DNA from: the human T2T-CHM13v2.0 reference genome, Homo sapiens
Length of the DNA: 64,000 nucleotides
Reading direction: 5' to 3' (one strand)
Assembly: GCF_009914755.1 (NCBI RefSeq)
Contig: NC_060929.1
Of the stretch, positions 58,560 through 64,000 are shown piece by piece; position 1 is the stretch's first letter; each line of letters starts with the position of its first letter. A program made the position numbers and the translations under genes. The notes beneath the pieces are model-generated. The model was not told where the DNA came from. It worked only from the letters and a program-made list of their open reading frames with translations, and ran no database searches.

Positions 58560-59098
58560 TGCATATTAGGGCTGTCCAGAGAAGAGATATATGTAGAAAT
58601 ATATATACTTCTTTATAGATTATACATATACATATTATATATAATTTATAAATATAAGGAATTGGGTCACATGATTAAGTAGGTTGACAAGTCCCAAAGT
58701 CCGAGGTTGAGTCAGCAAGCTGAAGACCCAGAATCACTGATGATGCATTTCCAGTCAAAGGCCAGCATGCTTGAAACTCAGGAAGAGCCAATATTTCAGT
58801 TCGTGTCCAAAGCCAGGAAAATGTCAGTGCCCCAGTTCAAAAGCAGTGAGGAAGAAAGAATTCTCTCTCACTCTGGGAAGGATCAGGAAGGTCAGACCTT
58901 TTGTTCTAGTCAGGCCTTTAACTGATTGGGTGAGGCTCACCCACACTAGGGAGGGGAATCAGCTTTACTCAGTCCACCAATTTAAGTTTTAATCTCATCC
59001 GAAAACACCCTCAACAGAAACACCCAGAAAAAATGTTTGGCCAAATATCTGGATACCCCATGGCTCATTTAAGTTAACACATGAAATTAACCATCATA
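58560..59098 (-). mobile_element. MLT2C-like solo LTR (ERVL)
   Basis: attagggctgtccagagaa...(TA)-rich...gaaattaaccatcata MLT2 termini. Confidence 0.8.
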
Positions 59099-59099
59099 G

Positions 59100-59478
<379 letters not shown>

Positions 59479-59868
59479 AACCGTACATACTTTTTTAAAT
59501 GTATCAGAGGAAAGAAACAGGACACAGGTTGGGGATAGAATCTAGCTTTGTCTGAATGTACCTTGTTTTGGAACCATGTAAATATTTTACATACTTAGTA
59601 AAATACATTTAAATTTTGAAAATGTACCCTCTAAAAACTGAAAGCAGAGCAAATGTATTGAACTATGCAATGAGTTGTGGCATAATGATCCAGAGGGGAA
59701 CTATTTCACATCACTCTGAAACACTTGACAATACACCACTAAAGACCTGCCGTCCACACCCCTGAAAATTAAATTGTTTTCAGTAATCATAGTGTTGGTG
59801 ATATTTTTTTCTTCCGAGGCTGGGTATGTGGATTGTGGGGTAAGCTAAGGAGAAAGTATGTTGGCACC

Positions 59869-60269
59869 TGTAGTGGATGCTCTTATGTGCATCTGTCAGG
59901 ACTGCGGCACTCGTTTCTTCAGCTGCTGGCAGTGACCACTCAGTTGAGTTACTCTTTGAGAACTGCCACCAGCTGTAGAGATCTGCGTCACCCAAAGCCA
60001 TGGCTCCTCACAAGGACGTCCTGCATCCAAGTGCAAAAAGCTTAGCCCCTTTAGCTAAGGCACAATAGCTCTGAAAGGCCATTCCATCAGCTCCAGTGCT
60101 ACCTATGGGATCAGCTGAGGCCTTCATTGTGACTGCACTGCAATTTACCTCCTCCTCTGCCCTATCCTACCTCCTTCAGACTCTCACAGGCTTTGATCCC
60201 AGTGGCAAACTATAGTAAATGGGCACATAAATCCACCTCAGTCTGTTTCTCAGGGAATTCATCGAAGCA
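59869..60269 (+). mobile_element. LTR16C-like 5' LTR of an ERVL-class provirus
   Basis: TGTAGTGGATGCT start and ctctgaaaggccattcc...gggatcagctgaggcc...ctcagtctgtttctcagggaa...AGCA end, directly followed by a degenerate PBS-like GTTATTGCCAAGAATGG. Confidence 0.75.
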
Positions 60270-63200
60270 GTTATTGCCAAGAATGGTCTGAAGAAGCAGC
60301 CTTTTTTTTTTTTTTTTTTTTTTTTTGAGACAGTTTTGCTCTTGTTGCCCAGGCTGGAGTGCAATGGCGTGATCTTGGCTCACTGCAACCTCCACCTCCA
60401 GGTTCAAGTGATTCTCCTGCCTCAGCTTCCCGAGTAGCTGGGATTACAGGCATGCGCCACCACGCCTGGCTAATTTTGTATTTTTAGTAGAGGCAGGGTT
60501 TCGCCATGTTGGTCAGGCTGGTCTCGAATTCCCGACCTCAGGTGATTCACCCACCTCGGCCTCCCAAAGTGCTGGGATTACAGGCATGAGCCACCACACC
60601 CAGCCAGAAGCAGATTCTAAAATGACATTTTGGAGCTGGATCAGCATTGGCAGGCTGGCAATGATGAAGGACCCTATTACTGGTGGCAGTAAAAGTTATA
60701 GCATTGCATGCTATAACAATGTAATTGTGGAAACTTTCACTGGTGGTGAACTGGGATGGGATACTGGGAATGCCCTGATACGAACAATGTTTCAGGCATT
60801 TGAGAAGTCCAAGGGAAGTAGTAATTATAAAGAGCATGGGATTGGATGGCTTTTCTGGGCAATCACTGTATAGAGAAATGCTGACAGTAATTAATCACCA
60901 AGCAAGGCTATTTATGAAGGCCAGAGGGCCTCCTTGGCAGCATATGAAAACTCTCATCTCCTGCAGCTGGAGGACAGGAAAGGCTGAGGAGCAGCCCCAG
61001 GGCTTAAGTTTGGCTGTAGAACTTTGCCAAAACAAACCTGGAGGAGCTGAAAGAGTACAGGTGGGCCTGGATCCTGAGGGTTCTGGGTCAAGGGGGAAGG
61101 AACACAAAGTTGAATGAGAGGTTATTTAAGCACTTTCCAATGATAAAAGATATAATAATCTGGCAAGACAGTGCTACCCCGTGGCTAGGGTAATTTTGGG
61201 AAGCTTGGAGAAAGCCTGAGCCACTTACTTAGGCCTAGCTAAGTGAAGTATAACCAGAACTACTAAGGCAGCTAAGAGATCAAAAGGCTCAGAGAAGTAT
61301 GTGTGCTAGAGTGAACATACTGTGTAAGGCAGGAAGGCCCAGAGGTGACTGTTTACCAAAGCAATAAAGAATGTGCTGTTTAAAGGGGCATCAGCATCAT
61401 TCAGAAGCTCAGAAGTGGCTGTCCTCTGAAGGCCAGGGCTGAGGGTAGGAAATGTTACAGAACTGGGTGCTCTGATAATAATAGGGATGATGGGGTCCTG
61501 AAATAACAGCGGTTAGGTCGTGCACTTCACTGCCGGGAGAAAAGTGGATAAGTTATCTTAATGAATTGCAAGGTGTCAGCCAAGTGTTACGGTCTGCAGT
61601 TTGCTATAGACATGTTTAATGGAACATGGCTTCAGTAGATGTAAGATGGATGGGCAGCCAGTAAAGACATTGCCTAATCTGTACAACCAAAAGAAATCAA
61701 GAATGGATCATCAGGAGGCTGAGAGCAGCTGCTGGAATAAAAAGTCATGAACCCTTTACTAGTGTCTGGTTCTGAGCCAGTTCTCAGATCCAGAACTCAT
61801 TGATTAACAGAAACGCCAAATCTCCAGGAGGAAGCACCCTGCAATACCACCACAAATGCATAAGCTAATTATTTTCCCAGTGCTTCCCCGAAGGGACTTT
61901 CTTGGGTAACTGTGCACTGGGTAATGGAAAACCCAATGTACTGGGAATTATTGGGCACAGTTTCCAAGTTGCCATTGATTCCCAGGGACCAACCATCATC
62001 ATCGCCCCTTCCCCTATTACACTGGGAACATAGGAGGGCTGGGTAATACATTTAGTCCTGGCCCAGGTCTAGTTTATATTGAGTCCACTGGGTCCACAGG
62101 TCCACCTCATGGTTATTATGTTTTCCTTATCCTCGAATATATCTAACTGGTATGAGTGTTTGGTAAAACCTTACAGTGGTTCCCCAGTCTGTGGGATAAA
62201 AGATACAGTAGAAAGGAATACTAAGTGGAATCTTTGAAACTGCCCCTACACCACTCTTAGCCAGGATAATAAGTAAATGACAATATTGTAACTTGGGGGC
62301 AAGGGCAGAGATTAATGCCATGTTTAAAGACCTAAAAGGATTCAGGAATGGGTCTCCATCATGTCCCACTTAATTGACCAGTCTGCTCCCTACAGATGGA
62401 TCCTTGAGGATGACAGTGGACTACTGCAAATTGGCCAATTATACCTGCTGTGGCAGATGTATTATCTTTGTTAGGGCAGATTAATAAGGCCCTCAGATAG
62501 TTGGTATGTGGCCATTGATCTGGGAAATGCCTTCTTTCCCATCCCTTATAGGAGGGAAGTCTAGAAAGTTCACATTCACTTTGGATGCACAACTGTCAAC
62601 TATAAATGTTAATTCATCTGCCCGTCGTCATAATATAGTCAAAGGATCTGGATCCTCTGGACATTATATCACATTAGTCCACAGATTGATAAAATTGTGT
62701 GATTTGGACTGCATGAACAAGAAATTACAAACATATCAAAGGCCTCGGTAAGATACATGCCCACAGTGGTTGAAAGAGAAACCCTATAAAGATTCAGGGG
62801 TCTGGGATCCAAAGGTCTATGATATCCCTGTCAAAGGAATATTGTATTTCATAACTTCCCCACTCAGAAGTAAGCACAGTGGTTGGTAGGCCCCTTCAGA
62901 TTCTGGAGGCAGCATATGTCATACAGAGAACACTATTCCAACCCATTTACACAAATAGCATCCAGCTCCGAATGAGTCTCAGAACAAAAAAGGGCTCTGC
63001 AGTAGGTCCAGGCTACGAGGCAAATGATTCTTCCTCTTGGACCATACTACCTAACAAACCCAATGATATTAGAGCTGTCAGTGATGGGAAAGGGTGTCAT
63101 GTGGTGTTTCTGGGCATGTTCCAGTTGGAGAATAACAACATAGGCCCCCTAGAATTCTGCAACCAAGCCATGACCCCCATAGTAGAAAATTATAGACCAT

Positions 63201-64000
63201 TTGAAAAACAATTCCTTGGGTGCTACTGCGCCCTGGTTGACACAAGTGATCATGCTTCCAGAACTGACCTGAGATCTGTCCAGCCCACAAAATCATAAGG
63301 CTAGGCAGACCCAGCAAAGATCTCTGCTAAGATGGAAGTGGTGTACATGGGAAAGAATGGGGCCAGAGTGCACACGTTAGCTGCACAAGTCCTGGCCCCA
63401 GTTTCGTTTTCCACTGTTGACCAATGCCTTTCCCTCAGCTCCTGGGTAAGACAATGGTGAGGAGAAACGCTTCCAATGGGCAGAACATTTGAGTTGTGCA
63501 CATGGGCATCCACTGGGTATGAAAGTAAAAGTGGCCCAAGGTAAGAGTACTTATGGAAGCATAGGCAATAGCTAATGGCTTGGCTGGTTAGTTAATGGAT
63601 CAGAAGATCAGGAACAAGGAGGTTTGGATAGGAGGCATGTGGGTGAATCTATGGGAATAAGCATGAAAATACAATCTTTCTTTTTGTTTGGTATCTGAAA
63701 AGTCTGAATCGTATGTTACCTGACAGAGAGCATCTATCACAAAGAGGTGCTTACACAATCAAATAGACAGAAAGACTCACTAGAATGTCACTCTGCCTCT
63801 GTTATTGGCCACTGCAGTGTTGGCACAATAGGAACTTGAGTAGAGAAGCCATAGTGACAGGGATGGAGGCTGCACATGGTCCTAACAGCAGGGGCTTCTG
63901 CTCACCAAGGCTGATTGAGCTACTGCTTGTGTCAAATATCCCATCTACCAGTAACAGAGAGCAAGGCTCAGCCCCTGATTCAGCACCTTCGCTTGAGGAA
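60270..64000 (+). mobile_element. HERV16/ERV3-16A3-like internal region (decayed gag-pol), runs off window
   Basis: RT remnants DGSLRMTVDYCKL (~62395-62433) and WYVAIDLGNAFFPIP (~62502-62546); tether-like NYRPFEKQFLGCYCALV (~63190-63238). Many stops; YxDD not intact. Confidence 0.8.
60302..60605 (-). mobile_element. AluSp/Sq-like element inserted into the ERV leader
   Basis: gctcttgttgcccaggctggagtgcaatggc diagnostic; AGAAGCAG duplicated at both ends. Confidence 0.9.

Overview
Primate (human-like) genomic DNA holding the 3' part of AP3S1 (AP-3 adaptor sigma-3A subunit) on the + strand. Five coding exons (exons 2-6; exon 1 lies upstream of the window) splice into ...SEDTQQQIIRETFHLVSKRD...KVPNLPSFK*, followed by a ~600-nt 3' UTR. 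Most of the remainder is transposable elements: a near-full-length Tigger2 with nested Alus, a full-length antisense L1PA7-like LINE with TSDs, about 20 Alus or Alu fragments, several ERVL/MaLR LTRs, MITEs (Tigger2a, MER44A, MER85, MER94) and an LTR16C/HERV16-type provirus running off the right end. Almost all ORF-track entries are repeat-derived or chance ORFs. I see no evidence for a wholly new multi-gene system. The best leads are: (i) one, possibly two, short cassette exons in the repeat-poor last intron that would swap the sigma-3A C-terminal tail while escaping NMD; (ii) a MER85 with its CSB-PGBD3 binding palindrome nearly intact; (iii) L1 antisense-promoter splice donors facing exon 4; (iv) a four-element fossil deletion junction in intron 3. 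Repeat family names come from recalled consensus sequences, not a search, so subfamily calls are approximate.
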